Positions 18,571 through 28,586 of a DNA stretch of 64,000 nucleotides are shown in pieces. Under the pieces are notes generated by a model that worked only from the letters and a program-made list of their open reading frames with translations, did not search any database and had not been told where the DNA came from. The position numbers were made by a program, and so were the translations under genes. The stretch is from contig CBDVDM010000001.1 of assembly GCA_965372745.1 (NCBI GenBank), positions 52,330 to 116,329 of the forward strand. The letters are read 5' to 3'. Position 1 is the stretch's first letter. Each line of letters opens with the position of its first letter. Source of the DNA: an uncultured bacterium. Its GTDB lineage: Bacteria > Planctomycetota > Phycisphaerae > Sedimentisphaerales > Anaerobacaceae.

Positions 18571-19584
18571 TTAGAACTGTCTCAGAAATCGCAGGTCGTT
18601 TTCGAAAAGCAGCCGAATATCGGTAATACCGTACTTTCGCATAGCTAATCGCTCGATACCGAACCCAAAAGCCCAGCCGGTATATTTTTCGTTATCAATT
18701 CCGACAGCATCGAAGACATTGGGATCAACCATACCGCAGCCGCCCATTTCAATCCATTGTTCGTTCCCTTTTTTGTCGACCCAGAGCAAATCGACCTCAG
18801 CACTTGGTTCGGTGAACGGGAAGAAGCTCGGCCTGAATCTCCATTTTGTATCCGGTCCGAAGAAGGCATGAATGAACTGGTTGATAGCAGTTTTCATATC
18901 AACCATGCTGATATTTTCATCGACAACCAAAGCCTCAAGCTGATGGAACATGTACATATGGGTGGCGTCGACAGTGTCGGGCCTATAGACTCTGCCGGGC
19001 GCTACGATGCGGATAGGTGGTTTCTTGTTTTCCATGATCCGGATTTGAATAGTAGAGGTCTGGCTTCTTAATAGAGTATTGTCGTCGATATAGAAATTAT
19101 CAAGCGGATCTCTTGCGGGATGTTCAGGGTCGATATTTAGAGCAACAAAATTGTGCCATTCATCTTCAACTTCGGGTCCATAAGCGATATCGAAGCCCAT
19201 ACGTCCAAAAATTTCAAGCAGCTCGTTTATGGTCTGAGTTATAATGTGGGCTTTACCGATATTAACGCCGATGCCGGGTAAAGTAACATCGACAAACTCG
19301 TTGGTTTTTCGTTTTGATTTTGATATGGATTGTTTTAGTTCCTCAAATGCCTGAGTGACTTGTTTTTTCACTTTGTTTGCAAGCCGGCCTGCTTTTGGTT
19401 TTTGGTCGGGAGGGAATTTGCCGACCTGACTTAACATTTGCGTCACCAAGCCTTTTCGGCCTAAGTATTTGATGCGGAATTGTTCGAGAGAATCGGGGTC
19501 TTTGACTTTTTTCAAGTCTTCAAGAGCTTCGACGCCTATTTTTTCGAATTGGTCAGGCATTGTTCCGTATACCCGAAGAGACAT
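18571..19584 (-). CDS. pheS: phenylalanine--tRNA ligase alpha subunit
   Basis: It is 337 aa with class II motifs (FRPSFFPFTEPSAEVD, GCGMVDPNV, GWAFGFGIERLAM). It sits downstream of rplT. Confidence 0.95.
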   Translation of the reverse strand: MSLRVYGTMPDQFEKIGVEALEDLKKVKDPDSLEQFRIKYLGRKGLVTQMLSQVGKFPPDQKPKAGRLANKVKKQVTQAFEELKQSISKSKRKTNEFVDVTLPGIGVNIGKAHIITQTINELLEIFGRMGFDIAYGPEVEDEWHNFVALNIDPEHPARDPLDNFYIDDNTLLRSQTSTIQIRIMENKKPPIRIVAPGRVYRPDTVDATHMYMFHQLEALVVDENISMVDMKTAINQFIHAFFGPDTKWRFRPSFFPFTEPSAEVDLLWVDKKGNEQWIEMGGCGMVDPNVFDAVGIDNEKYTGWAFGFGIERLAMRKYGITDIRLLFENDLRFLRQF

Positions 19585-19654
19585 CGGGAATTTAACAACA
19601 AAATTTTGTATATTGTGTTATTGAGCCTTAAGAGCTAACACAAATTTTCACTGC

Positions 19655-20011
19655 TCATGAAATTGCGGTTTTAGCGGTTTCAACTATCCTGTCGAATGCC
19701 TCTTTATCAACGATAGCAATTTCGGATAACATTTTTCTATTCAGGAGGATGTTTGCTTTTTTGCATCCATTAATAAACTGGCTGTATCTGATTCCTCGCT
19801 GTCGACAGGCGGCATTCAGTCGTATAATCCAGAGACCCCTGAAATCTCTTTTCCTTCTTTTTCTATCGATTTTTGCGTTGGCTGCCGCTCTGACGGCAGC
19901 TTCCTTAGCGAGTCGATATTGATGTCCGGCAGCTCCGCGGTGACCTTTCACGGCTTTTAAGATTCTTTTTCTGGCTTGATGCCTTGCAGCACCTTTTCTA
20001 ACTCTTGGCAT
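19655..20011 (-). CDS. rplT: 50S ribosomal protein L20
   Basis: It is 118 aa and starts MPRVRKGAARHQARKRILK. It is in the infC-rpmI-rplT order. Confidence 0.95.
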   Translation of the reverse strand: MPRVRKGAARHQARKRILKAVKGHRGAAGHQYRLAKEAAVRAAANAKIDRKRRKRDFRGLWIIRLNAACRQRGIRYSQFINGCKKANILLNRKMLSEIAIVDKEAFDRIVETAKTAIS

Positions 20012-20098
20012 ATCAGCTTTCCTTTAATGGAGTTTTAATATTTGTTTGCTGGCGGCAGCTGATTGAGAGCCGAGAAGCAAACGTTTTTTATTTAATAT

Positions 20099-20293
20099 CT
20101 ATTGTCCAAGCATGACCCTGGTTTTTTTAGCATTACTGGGGGTCATAGAGCCTGGAGAAGCAATTTTTCTCCTTCTTTTAGCGGTTTTAGAACTCATAAG
20201 ATGGCCTCCGAAAGCACGTTTGTGCTTTACCTTTCCGGAGGCAGTAACTTTTACTCGTTTACTTAACCCTTTATGGGTTTTTTGTTTTGGCAT
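20099..20293 (-). CDS. rpmI: 50S ribosomal protein L35
   Basis: It is 64 aa and starts [28 protein letters not shown]. Confidence 0.95.
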   Translation of the reverse strand: MPKQKTHKGLSKRVKVTASGKVKHKRAFGGHLMSSKTAKRRRKIASPGSMTPSNAKKTRVMLGQ

Positions 20294-20416
20294 TTTGCTA
20301 AATCCTTCCTGAAAGCACGGTTAGCCGACTATAAACACGGAATATTAGGCTATTTAAGCATGATGGTCAACAAAAAAATGGAATTTCCCAAATATTAGTG
20401 CAAAGACATCATGGTG

Positions 20417-20926
20417 TTATTTTGGAACAAGCAGTAAAGTCATGCGTCTATGAGCCATTCTTGCAGACCTGTCGATTTTAGCGATATCTTCCATTGCCCC
20501 GACAATATTGTCATAAACCTCCAGTCCTTTCTCCTGATGCAGCATTTGTCGGCCCCTGAAGAACATTGTAAACTGGACTTTGTGTCCTTTTTCGAGGAAT
20601 TCACGGGCATGTTTCAGCTTGATGTCGAGGTCATGCTTGTCAGTCTCAGGTCGCAGCCTGATTTCCTTCAGAGTGGTAGAGTGCTGATGACTTTTCTTCC
20701 GGCCTTCACGATATTTCCGCTTTTGTTCGTAAAGCCATTTGCCATAATCCATAAGACGGCATACAGGCGGTTCGCCGTTAGGTGCTACCTCAACCAGGTC
20801 AAGGCCTGCTTCTCGCGCCTTTTCGAGAGCCTCATGAAGATTAATAATCCCCACTTGATTGTTTTCACTATCGACGAGACGGACATAATCAGTCTTAATC
20901 TCATTGTTAATCCTTAGACCCTTCAT
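20417..20926 (-). CDS. infC: translation initiation factor IF-3
   Basis: It is 169 aa with RINNEI...VRLVD...LDLVEV...PPVCRLMDYGK. An ATG start is present here rather than the AUU seen in some bacteria. Confidence 0.95.
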   Translation of the reverse strand: MKGLRINNEIKTDYVRLVDSENNQVGIINLHEALEKAREAGLDLVEVAPNGEPPVCRLMDYGKWLYEQKRKYREGRKKSHQHSTTLKEIRLRPETDKHDLDIKLKHAREFLEKGHKVQFTMFFRGRQMLHQEKGLEVYDNIVGAMEDIAKIDRSARMAHRRMTLLLVPK

Positions 20927-21009
20927 TTTACTACTAATTGTATACCACCTTACCTTTCTTAATAAATTAAAGACTTAAGCCTTAATATTTGGTCCTTATT
21001 AAAAACAAT

Positions 21010-22926
21010 TTATAAGGTTAAATCCAGAGATTTATCCTCAATTTTCATCTTTGCGAGTTCAATAAACTTTTCGAGTGCAATAGTCTTATTTTCTTTCTGG
21101 GCTCTTATTCGAACATTTACGCAATCGGATTGCGATTCTTTTGGACCGACAACGAGCATATAAGCAACCTTTTCGCTGTGAGCCTTTGCGATTTTCGCAC
21201 CTATTTTTTCATCAGACAAATCTGCTGTACATCGAATGTTCGCATTTTTTAATTTGTCGTAAACAAGTTTTGCATAGTCGTTGGTTTTTTCACTTATAGG
21301 CAGGATTCTTACCTGCTCCGGTGCAAGCCAGAGAGGAAAATTTGCAGCGTAATGTTCAATCAGTATTCCCATGAAGCGTTCAATAGAACCGAGCACTGCC
21401 CGGTGAATCATAACCGGAGTTTTCTCAGTATTGTCTTTATCGGTGTACAGCAGTTCAAAGCGTTGCGGCATGGAAAAGTCCAGCTGGATGGTTCCGAGTT
21501 GCCATGAACGTTTCAGGCAGTCTTGAATATGGAAATCAATTTTGGGGCCGTAGAAGGCGCCGTCACCGGCGTTAATTTTATAATCGATGTTTTTGTGTTC
21601 GAGGGCATTGACCAGTGCATTTGTTGCGGTTTCCCAGATATCATCAGAGCCGATGTGCTTTTCCGGTTTTGTGGAAAGCTCGATGTGAAAATCTTCAAAG
21701 CCAAAGGCCTTATATATTTCAAATGTAAGCTCGATAACCCCGATAATTTCACTTTCTATTTGTTCGGGAGTACAGAAAATATGGGCATCATCCTGTGTAA
21801 ATTGTCTAACTCTGAATAAACCGTGCATAACACCGCTTGCTTCATGCCGATGAACCAGGCCTAATTCTGCAACACGCATCGGGAATTCCCTGTACGAGTG
21901 TTTGTTTGCTTTATAGACGAGGCATCCACCGGGGCAGTTCATTGGTTTTATTGCATAACCGACATCGTCAACGTCAGTGAAATACATATTTTCTTTGTAG
22001 TTATCCCAGTGACCGCTTTTGTGCCAGAGCTGTTCGTTTAGAATGATTGGCGTTTTAATTTCCTGGTAGTCGTATTTTTTATGCACAGCCCGCCAAAAGT
22101 CAATTATAGCGTTCCAGATAATCATTCCATTGGAATGCATAAATGCAAAGCCGGGCCCAGCCTTGTTGAAGCTGAATAACTCTAATTGTTTGCCCAGCAC
22201 GCGGTGGTCGCGTTTCTTTGCCTCTTCAAGTCGCTGGAGGTAATCGTCGAGTTCTTTTTTTGTAGGCCAGGCTGTCCCGTAAATTCGCTGGAGCATTTTC
22301 TGCGTCGGGTCACCGTGCCAGTATGCACCTGCAACAGACATGACTTTGAAGCTGCCGAGTTTAGCTGTGTTGGGTACGTGAGGGCCTCGACATAAATCTT
22401 CGAATCCATCGCCATGTGAATAGAAACTGATTGTGTCCCCTTCAGCCCGTTCGATATTGTCGATTTTGTATTTGTTCCCTGCCACTTTTTTAATAGCTTC
22501 TGCCCGGGTTAATTCTGTGCGTTTGATGCTTTTGTCAGCTTTTACGATTTCGTTCATTTTTTGTTCGATGTGTGGAAAATCTTCGGGCCTGATAGGCTCA
22601 TCAAGGTCGATATCGTAGTAGAAGCCGTCTTCGACGGTTGGCCCGTAGACCAGTTGAGCTTTTGGCCAAATATCGCAAATGGCCTCGGCCATAACATGAG
22701 CACAGCTATGGCGCATGATTTCGAGACCATTGGGGTCTTTTGCGGTTAATATCCGGACAGTGAGGTCACCTTTTACCGGTGTTGTGAGATCGACCAGTTG
22801 GCCATCAACTTTTGCTGCCAAGGCAGCCTTTGCAAGTCCCTGGCCGATTTGCCGGGCCAACTGCTCAACGGTGTTGCCGTCAGCTATTTTTAATATGCTG
22901 CCATCGGGCAGTGTGACATTTGCCAT
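21010..22926 (-). CDS. thrS: threonine--tRNA ligase
   Basis: It is 638 aa with TGS, editing, class II core and anticodon-binding domains. It heads the thrS-infC-rpmI-rplT-pheS cluster. Confidence 0.95.
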   Translation of the reverse strand: MANVTLPDGSILKIADGNTVEQLARQIGQGLAKAALAAKVDGQLVDLTTPVKGDLTVRILTAKDPNGLEIMRHSCAHVMAEAICDIWPKAQLVYGPTVEDGFYYDIDLDEPIRPEDFPHIEQKMNEIVKADKSIKRTELTRAEAIKKVAGNKYKIDNIERAEGDTISFYSHGDGFEDLCRGPHVPNTAKLGSFKVMSVAGAYWHGDPTQKMLQRIYGTAWPTKKELDDYLQRLEEAKKRDHRVLGKQLELFSFNKAGPGFAFMHSNGMIIWNAIIDFWRAVHKKYDYQEIKTPIILNEQLWHKSGHWDNYKENMYFTDVDDVGYAIKPMNCPGGCLVYKANKHSYREFPMRVAELGLVHRHEASGVMHGLFRVRQFTQDDAHIFCTPEQIESEIIGVIELTFEIYKAFGFEDFHIELSTKPEKHIGSDDIWETATNALVNALEHKNIDYKINAGDGAFYGPKIDFHIQDCLKRSWQLGTIQLDFSMPQRFELLYTDKDNTEKTPVMIHRAVLGSIERFMGILIEHYAANFPLWLAPEQVRILPISEKTNDYAKLVYDKLKNANIRCTADLSDEKIGAKIAKAHSEKVAYMLVVGPKESQSDCVNVRIRAQKENKTIALEKFIELAKMKIEDKSLDLTL

Positions 22927-23172
22927 AAAATAGTTTCCGGAACCAGCTTTCCTTTCGTATTTGGTAATGCAGCTATTGCCTGAATAAATTACCCTGAGTA
23001 AACAATTCTGTCAATATAATTTATTGGTCGATTTAAGAACAATTATACAGCAGTTTTACTTATGAGCCAATAAATATGCCGATTGAAAATCTATTGCTAA
23101 AGTGAAAATAATATGATAGCCTTGGGGCGTATTGGTACTTGATTTTTGAATTCAGAGCCCGAGGGAGACCTT

Positions 23173-24762
23173 ATGGGGTCATTGTTGTTTACGAAGTCAC
23201 TTTCCACACTTGCCGTTGCCGATGCGGGTTTTTCTGTTGCGACTTTGCCTTTTAGCATCTTCAAGCTTGTTTTGTTTACAGGATGGGTATATCTGTGCCT
23301 TTATTTAGTTCAATACGTAGAATTTAGTCTGCTGGTTCCAAAGAGGTTTAAAACCGCAGGCAAAATAGGGACGTTGTTGACAGGGCCGGTTTGTCTGTTA
23401 ACGTTCATGATAATTAAAGCCGTCATGAGAGTTTCACAGAGCAACATGGGCATGGTTGGAATAGTGAAAGAACAGTTAGCAGAGTTGTTTTCAAATATAA
23501 AGAGCTTGAATTTTCTTTCCGGGCAGCAGCAAGACGGAATAACAATTCTTGATTCATCCGGCAAAAACATCAACGAGATACTCAGCCATGGCAAAAGTGA
23601 CGGGCGAAGCCATATACTGGATTTGACAGAGCAGATTATCGCCAATGCCCTTGATGGCCGGGCGACGGATATTCTTATCGACCCGAAGGACGATTCGAAT
23701 TATACGGTCAGGTATCGAATAGACGGAATCTTGACGACAGCTTATAGGCTTGAGACAGATATATGCAAATCCATAATAAATAGTATAAAAGCTGTCTCGA
23801 ACATGGATATTGCCGACAAGAGGCGTCCTCAGGATGGTGCGTTTATGGTTCTAAAGGGAGGCTCTACGGTATCATTTCGAGTAGCCAGTGCCGGTGTGGT
23901 CCATGGTGAGAAGGTCTCAATACGTGTACTTGGTCGAGATGCGAGCAGATTTAAACTGGAAGTAATCGGCCTGTCGAAGAAACAGCAACTGAAAATTCAA
24001 AAAGCCATCAAAAAGCCTTCCGGAATGATACTTATCTGTGGGCCGACAGGAAGCGGTAAAACCACAACGATGTATGCAATGCTTAATGAAATTGACCTTA
24101 ATACTCGTAATGTGATTACAGTGGAAGACCCTGTTGAATATTCATTGCCTAATGCCAGCCAGATAGAGGTCAATCCAAAAGCCGACATTACATTTGCCAA
24201 GAGTTTGCGAAGCATATTACGTCAGGACCCTGATGTGATATGCGTAGGAGAGATACGTGATCAAGAGACTGCGAAGATAGCGCTTCAGGCATCGCAGACC
24301 GGTCATCTTGTTTTGGCAACGATACACAGCAACAGCAATGTCTCGGCGTTATTACGGCTTATTGACCTTGGGGTCTCACAAACACTGCTGTCTTCAGGAC
24401 TGGATGTTATTATATCTCAGCGATTGCTTCGCAGTCTCTGTGATAATTGTAAGAAAAAGGCAAAATTGACTGAAACACAGATATATGAATTTCGCCGCAA
24501 AAAAATAAACTATAATAATATTATGGAGAAACAAGGCTGCGAAAAATGCAACCAGACAGGTTATTATGACCGGTTGGCTATTTGTGATATTTTAATTCTG
24601 GATGATAAGTTAAAAGATACAATTTCCCACAGCAGTTCCTTTATAGCTCAGTTGCACCAGATAGGTGATAAAAAAGGCAAATCCAATCTGCAAAAACAGG
24701 CGCTTAAAAAGATTGTAGAAGGCACAACAAGTCTAAAAGAACTGCATAGAGTGTTAGGATAG
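23173..24762 (+). CDS. GspE/PilB-family secretion ATPase with N-terminal transmembrane region
   Basis: A GAGGGAG RBS lies 5 nt before the ATG at 23173; the tracked TTG at 23146 is less likely. About 90 N-terminal residues form 2-3 hydrophobic helices. The GspE core follows (GPTGSGKTT, VEDPVE, LRQDPDVICVGEIRD, TGHLVLATIHSN, CDNCKK...CEKCNQTG). Confidence 0.85.
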   Translation: MGSLLFTKSLSTLAVADAGFSVATLPFSIFKLVLFTGWVYLCLYLVQYVEFSLLVPKRFKTAGKIGTLLTGPVCLLTFMIIKAVMRVSQSNMGMVGIVKEQLAELFSNIKSLNFLSGQQQDGITILDSSGKNINEILSHGKSDGRSHILDLTEQIIANALDGRATDILIDPKDDSNYTVRYRIDGILTTAYRLETDICKSIINSIKAVSNMDIADKRRPQDGAFMVLKGGSTVSFRVASAGVVHGEKVSIRVLGRDASRFKLEVIGLSKKQQLKIQKAIKKPSGMILICGPTGSGKTTTMYAMLNEIDLNTRNVITVEDPVEYSLPNASQIEVNPKADITFAKSLRSILRQDPDVICVGEIRDQETAKIALQASQTGHLVLATIHSNSNVSALLRLIDLGVSQTLLSSGLDVIISQRLLRSLCDNCKKKAKLTETQIYEFRRKKINYNNIMEKQGCEKCNQTGYYDRLAICDILILDDKLKDTISHSSSFIAQLHQIGDKKGKSNLQKQALKKIVEGTTSLKELHRVLG

Positions 24763-24767
24763 ATTTT

Positions 24768-25442
24768 ATGGTAGCTGGTATAGGCATATTATTGGGTGTA
24801 TTTTTTGTTTTAATAGCAATTAAAATCGGTTTTTACGAGATATTCACGCTCTTTTTTAATGCTGTGATGTCGGTTTATATCGGGATTTTCTTAGGGCCTG
24901 TAATAGCAGCGACCGATCTGGGTGACCGGTTATTGTACGCCAACAGTACATGGATGTTGATCGTTGCTGTTACGACTTTTTTTGTTCTGTTCGCCATATC
25001 CTATTTTCTCTTTACCAGTCAGTTCAAGATTCAATTTCCCAGGGTTTTCGATATTGTTATTGCAGGTGCGTTCGGATTTTTGACAGGCTTTTTAATATGG
25101 AGTTTTGTCAGTGTGCTGGTTTGGGTAATGCCTGTCTCACAGGACGGTATTTTGGCCAGGTTTGGATTTAGTAAGGACTCTCAGCAAACCAACGTCTCTT
25201 ATATATGTAAATGCTGTGACATAATCCATTCAATTGTGTCCAGCAGCAGCAACGAACAGACTACGGAGGAACTTTTAGATAATCTTCTTAAAGTTGAAGA
25301 AAAATCACCGGAAAAAGAGAAGACGCAAACTGTTAAGCAGAGTAATAAGAAATCAGTTTTTAGCCTGTTCAAGAATGAGGTCTTTTACCTTTTGGCTTGG
25401 CAGATTAAGGGCTCCGAAGGCAACAGCCGCCGCACCCCGTAA
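24768..25442 (+). CDS. CvpA-like polytopic membrane protein
   Basis: It has four hydrophobic helices with a CvpA-like N-terminus and lies 5 nt after the ATPase gene. The last 90 nt overlap the convergent HEAT-repeat gene, so the true C-terminus is uncertain. Confidence 0.5.
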   Translation: MVAGIGILLGVFFVLIAIKIGFYEIFTLFFNAVMSVYIGIFLGPVIAATDLGDRLLYANSTWMLIVAVTTFFVLFAISYFLFTSQFKIQFPRVFDIVIAGAFGFLTGFLIWSFVSVLVWVMPVSQDGILARFGFSKDSQQTNVSYICKCCDIIHSIVSSSSNEQTTEELLDNLLKVEEKSPEKEKTQTVKQSNKKSVFSLFKNEVFYLLAWQIKGSEGNSRRTP

Positions 25443-27143
25443 GTCGGTATTGGTGTCTCTCGAACTGACCATTGTATAGATAGTATCTATCGTTCTGTCG
25501 TCAAGCAGGTTTGCGTTTATTTTTGCCGATTCAGCAAGTGACTTAAAAGCAGCAACACGGACGTTCATTGAATTGCTTTCGCTAATTGCCATGGCACAGA
25601 TAGCATTTTGAGCGTATGAGCTGTTAAGATGAGCCAAAATTTTACCTGCAAGAACCTGAATTTCCGAACGTTTGTCTCTGGTAGCCTCGATAAGGGCATT
25701 TTGAGCAGCATTCAAATCAACAACTTTGTTTCTTGTCTGAGCAAGCATCAGCATAGCTTTTGCAGCACGCAGAGCGTAGGTATTTGCTGACTCGGAGCCG
25801 AATATGTTGTTGTTACCTGTCTTTTCGCCGGTTTCGGCGACAGCCGTAGCCAAATTTTCGATAATCAGTTTTGCTTCGGGAAAACCCTGTTTCGGTCCGG
25901 CTTGAGCGATAGCGATAGCGGCACTGTATCTGACGGCTTTATCATGGTACATGAGAGCCTGCGCAAGTGGTTGGGCCGGGCCGATTCTTGAAAGCAGCGA
26001 CTGTTCTCCGGCGGTTACAGCCAGAGCTTCCACCACAGCAAGTGCGACCTTGGTATTACCGTCATTGATAGCTCTTGCAAGAGCCAGATGCAGATATTCC
26101 GGTCCGGCGGTTGTTGCATACCCAAAGGCGTCTAAATGTCCCTGACCAAAATAATCCGGCATTTCGATTCCGGTTGATTCAGCCTGGAAGAAAGCGGCAA
26201 GCCACAGTCCAATTGCTCTTCCGAATAGAGAGTCAGCTTTTAGAGCACACTCACAGCATCGCATAGCCATAAGTTCGTAAAAGTAATCATTGTCAACTTT
26301 TTCCCGAACAAGTGCACGCATTGAACCGTCCCAGAACCAGATGTTGGCAAAGTCTGCATCTTCGGCGGGGTTGAGAGATTCGGCATGGTTGTAATATTTT
26401 TCAGCAAGCTGGAAAAATAGCTGGCTGGCAGAGAGCTTTATAGCTGCTGGGTTAATTTGCTCGATGCTCTTTTGAGCAAGTGACTTCAGCTCCTGTGATT
26501 CGTCTTTTTCAATGATGTATTTTAGATATGGCAATGATTGTGGATACCCGATTTTTCCCATAGCTTTTATAATTTCGGCTTTTACTCCGACGTCCTGCGT
26601 TTGCAGAGAAGCAGCTAATGGTCTAATCGCATCACGACCGATTTGAGGTAACGCCCAGATGATATCAGCCATCTCATCTTTTCTTGACATATCAGACATA
26701 GCATCAATCATGTGCGGGATAGCGTACTCGCCGGCATTTTGTAGTCTTTTTACAGCAGCAAGTTGTCCCCTTGCAGTGCCTGATAGTCTTTTAATTTCTT
26801 CGACGATAATTTTTGCGTCGGTTCTTTTGTCGAATCGGCCCTGTTCGATAAGTTGTAGCACTTTTTCTGTAAGCTCGGCCAGTTCGGGGGCAGGCTTTGT
26901 TTCATGAACTTTTAATAGTATGGCATAGCCGTCCGGGTTTTCGTCGGCAAGCAAAAGCAACTCGGTAGGTTCAGGCCCGGCGTCGAGCAGAGCCTGGGCA
27001 TAGCCGGCGGCAAGGTCAAATCTTCCGATTTTTGTGTAATGAAGAAAATCGTTCCAGTTATCTTCGATAGTCTGTGCGAAACAGCTGCTACCTGCCAAAA
27101 TTATTACAGCTAAACTTATCAGAACAGTTTTATTTTTAGACAT
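25353..27143 (-). CDS. secreted HEAT/armadillo-repeat protein
   Basis: It has a signal peptide (MSKNKTVLISLAVIILAGSSCFA). Helical repeats of the HEAT type run throughout (AIxALGxIG-like motifs, A/L-rich). Confidence 0.7.
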   Translation of the reverse strand: MSKNKTVLISLAVIILAGSSCFAQTIEDNWNDFLHYTKIGRFDLAAGYAQALLDAGPEPTELLLLADENPDGYAILLKVHETKPAPELAELTEKVLQLIEQGRFDKRTDAKIIVEEIKRLSGTARGQLAAVKRLQNAGEYAIPHMIDAMSDMSRKDEMADIIWALPQIGRDAIRPLAASLQTQDVGVKAEIIKAMGKIGYPQSLPYLKYIIEKDESQELKSLAQKSIEQINPAAIKLSASQLFFQLAEKYYNHAESLNPAEDADFANIWFWDGSMRALVREKVDNDYFYELMAMRCCECALKADSLFGRAIGLWLAAFFQAESTGIEMPDYFGQGHLDAFGYATTAGPEYLHLALARAINDGNTKVALAVVEALAVTAGEQSLLSRIGPAQPLAQALMYHDKAVRYSAAIAIAQAGPKQGFPEAKLIIENLATAVAETGEKTGNNNIFGSESANTYALRAAKAMLMLAQTRNKVVDLNAAQNALIEATRDKRSEIQVLAGKILAHLNSSYAQNAICAMAISESNSMNVRVAAFKSLAESAKINANLLDDRTIDTIYTMVSSRDTNTDLRGAAAVAFGALNLPSQKVKDLILEQAKN

Positions 27144-27333
27144 TCACCTATCTCCAAAAGATTCGACGGGATAATCTTACCCGTAATTATGTTAATATAG
27201 GACTGAAAGCTGTCAGCCTATATAAATTATTCGGCTTAGAAGCCCGCAAACTACAGAAAAATACCTATTCTGTCAACAAAAAACCGTTCTCAGAAGAGAT
27301 AACCCGCACAAATAACGCAATTTGGGATAATGA

Positions 27334-27356
27334 GCGGTTTTACCGCAGGTTTAAAC
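27334..27356. repeat. 23-nt hairpin repeat (copy 1 of 2)
   Basis: GCGGTTTTACCGCAGGTTTAAAC is identical to 45194-45216. It contains a GCGG-tttta-CCGC hairpin. It lies just 3' of the minus-strand cca-like gene. Confidence 0.8.
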
Positions 27357-27374
27357 TCACGAATTGGCTGGCGA

Positions 27375-28586
27375 CTAATCACTGTGCTTTTGGAGCCATT
27401 TCTGCGTCCATTGAGACGCCTGTTTTTTAGTTTGTAGACTATCTTCAAGTTGAGCAATGTACATTTCTTGCGCAAGTTGGCCGAGAACCGGACCAGGCTG
27501 GGCGCCTAATTGCATAAGTTCATGGCCATTGAGTAGAGGCTTTGGTTTTAGCTCAATACCGACTAAACTGTTTATTCTTTTACGCAGTGCTGTCAATGAT
27601 GCGATACTTTGCTTGTTTGCTTTTTGAATTGCCTTTTGCAGTTGGAACAAATCCTCGAAATAACTTGAAGCCAGAGTAAGCTTCAGTTCAGCCAAACTCA
27701 TGTTTTTATCCAGCAGTTTGCCGCGATTGGCGAGCAGGAACTTAATATGTTTTATTTGGCTTCTGCTGAGCTTCAGCTTCCTGCAGTTTTCAAGGGTAAG
27801 GTTCGTATCACACGCAGAAAACAGAGCTGACAGAGCCAGGGGAAAGCCGACTCTTTCGGGTAATTTTCCAAGAACCTCAGCACCCAATCCAAATTGTTTA
27901 TCAGTTATTTTAGGAAAGATTGCGTGAGCTAATCCGCATTTGGTCAGGATTTTAATTCCGTCGGTCCGGTTGGGGTTAACCAGAATACCCTCGAGTTCGG
28001 TTGCGATTCGTTCGGCACTGATTTTTGTAATATTTTTTGCATTTTCACAGATGGCAGCAAAGGTTTTTGGTTCGATTTTGAAAGCAAGTTGAGTTGAAAA
28101 TCTGACAGCGCGGAGCATTCGCAGGTAGTCTTCAGCAAATCTTTCATTTGGACTGCCGATAGTTCGTATGAGATGTTTTTTCAGGTCTGTTTGGCCATTA
28201 ACATAGTCGATAACTTTTTTCCCTATGGGGTCGTAAAACATGCCGTTAATGGTAAAATCTCTTCGCGATGCATCTTCTTTCTGGCCTGAGAATTTCACGG
28301 AGGTTGGATGACGTCCGTCAGTGTAGCCTGATTCTGTCCTGAAAGTGGCAACTTCGACCTGCTGTTTTTCTATAAGAACGATTACAACACCGAATTTGGC
28401 ACCAACTTTCAGAGTTCGGCGGAAAAGCTTTATTACCTTATCGGGTGTAGCGCTGGTGGCGATATCATAGTCTTTGGCGGGACGTTTTAAGAGCCTGTCG
28501 CGCACACAGCCGCCCGCCAGCAGGGCATGAAAGCCTTTGCTGCGCAGGTGTTTTATGATTTTTATTGCAGCGGCCCTATTCGTCAT
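27375..28586 (-). CDS. tRNA nucleotidyltransferase / poly(A) polymerase family protein (CCA-adding type)
   Basis: It has the PolyA_pol head domain (LAGGCVRDRLL...DYDIAT...RRDFTINGM). There is no HD domain. Confidence 0.85.
   Translation of the reverse strand: MTNRAAAIKIIKHLRSKGFHALLAGGCVRDRLLKRPAKDYDIATSATPDKVIKLFRRTLKVGAKFGVVIVLIEKQQVEVATFRTESGYTDGRHPTSVKFSGQKEDASRRDFTINGMFYDPIGKKVIDYVNGQTDLKKHLIRTIGSPNERFAEDYLRMLRAVRFSTQLAFKIEPKTFAAICENAKNITKISAERIATELEGILVNPNRTDGIKILTKCGLAHAIFPKITDKQFGLGAEVLGKLPERVGFPLALSALFSACDTNLTLENCRKLKLSRSQIKHIKFLLANRGKLLDKNMSLAELKLTLASSYFEDLFQLQKAIQKANKQSIASLTALRKRINSLVGIELKPKPLLNGHELMQLGAQPGPVLGQLAQEMYIAQLEDSLQTKKQASQWTQKWLQKHSD

Noticed and set aside
22927-23145. 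Possible sigma54 promoter (TGGTAATGCAGCTATTGCC) upstream of the membrane-anchored ATPase gene.
   Set aside because: The GG-to-GC spacing is ~3 nt longer than the TGGCAC-N5-TTGC consensus, so it does not fit.
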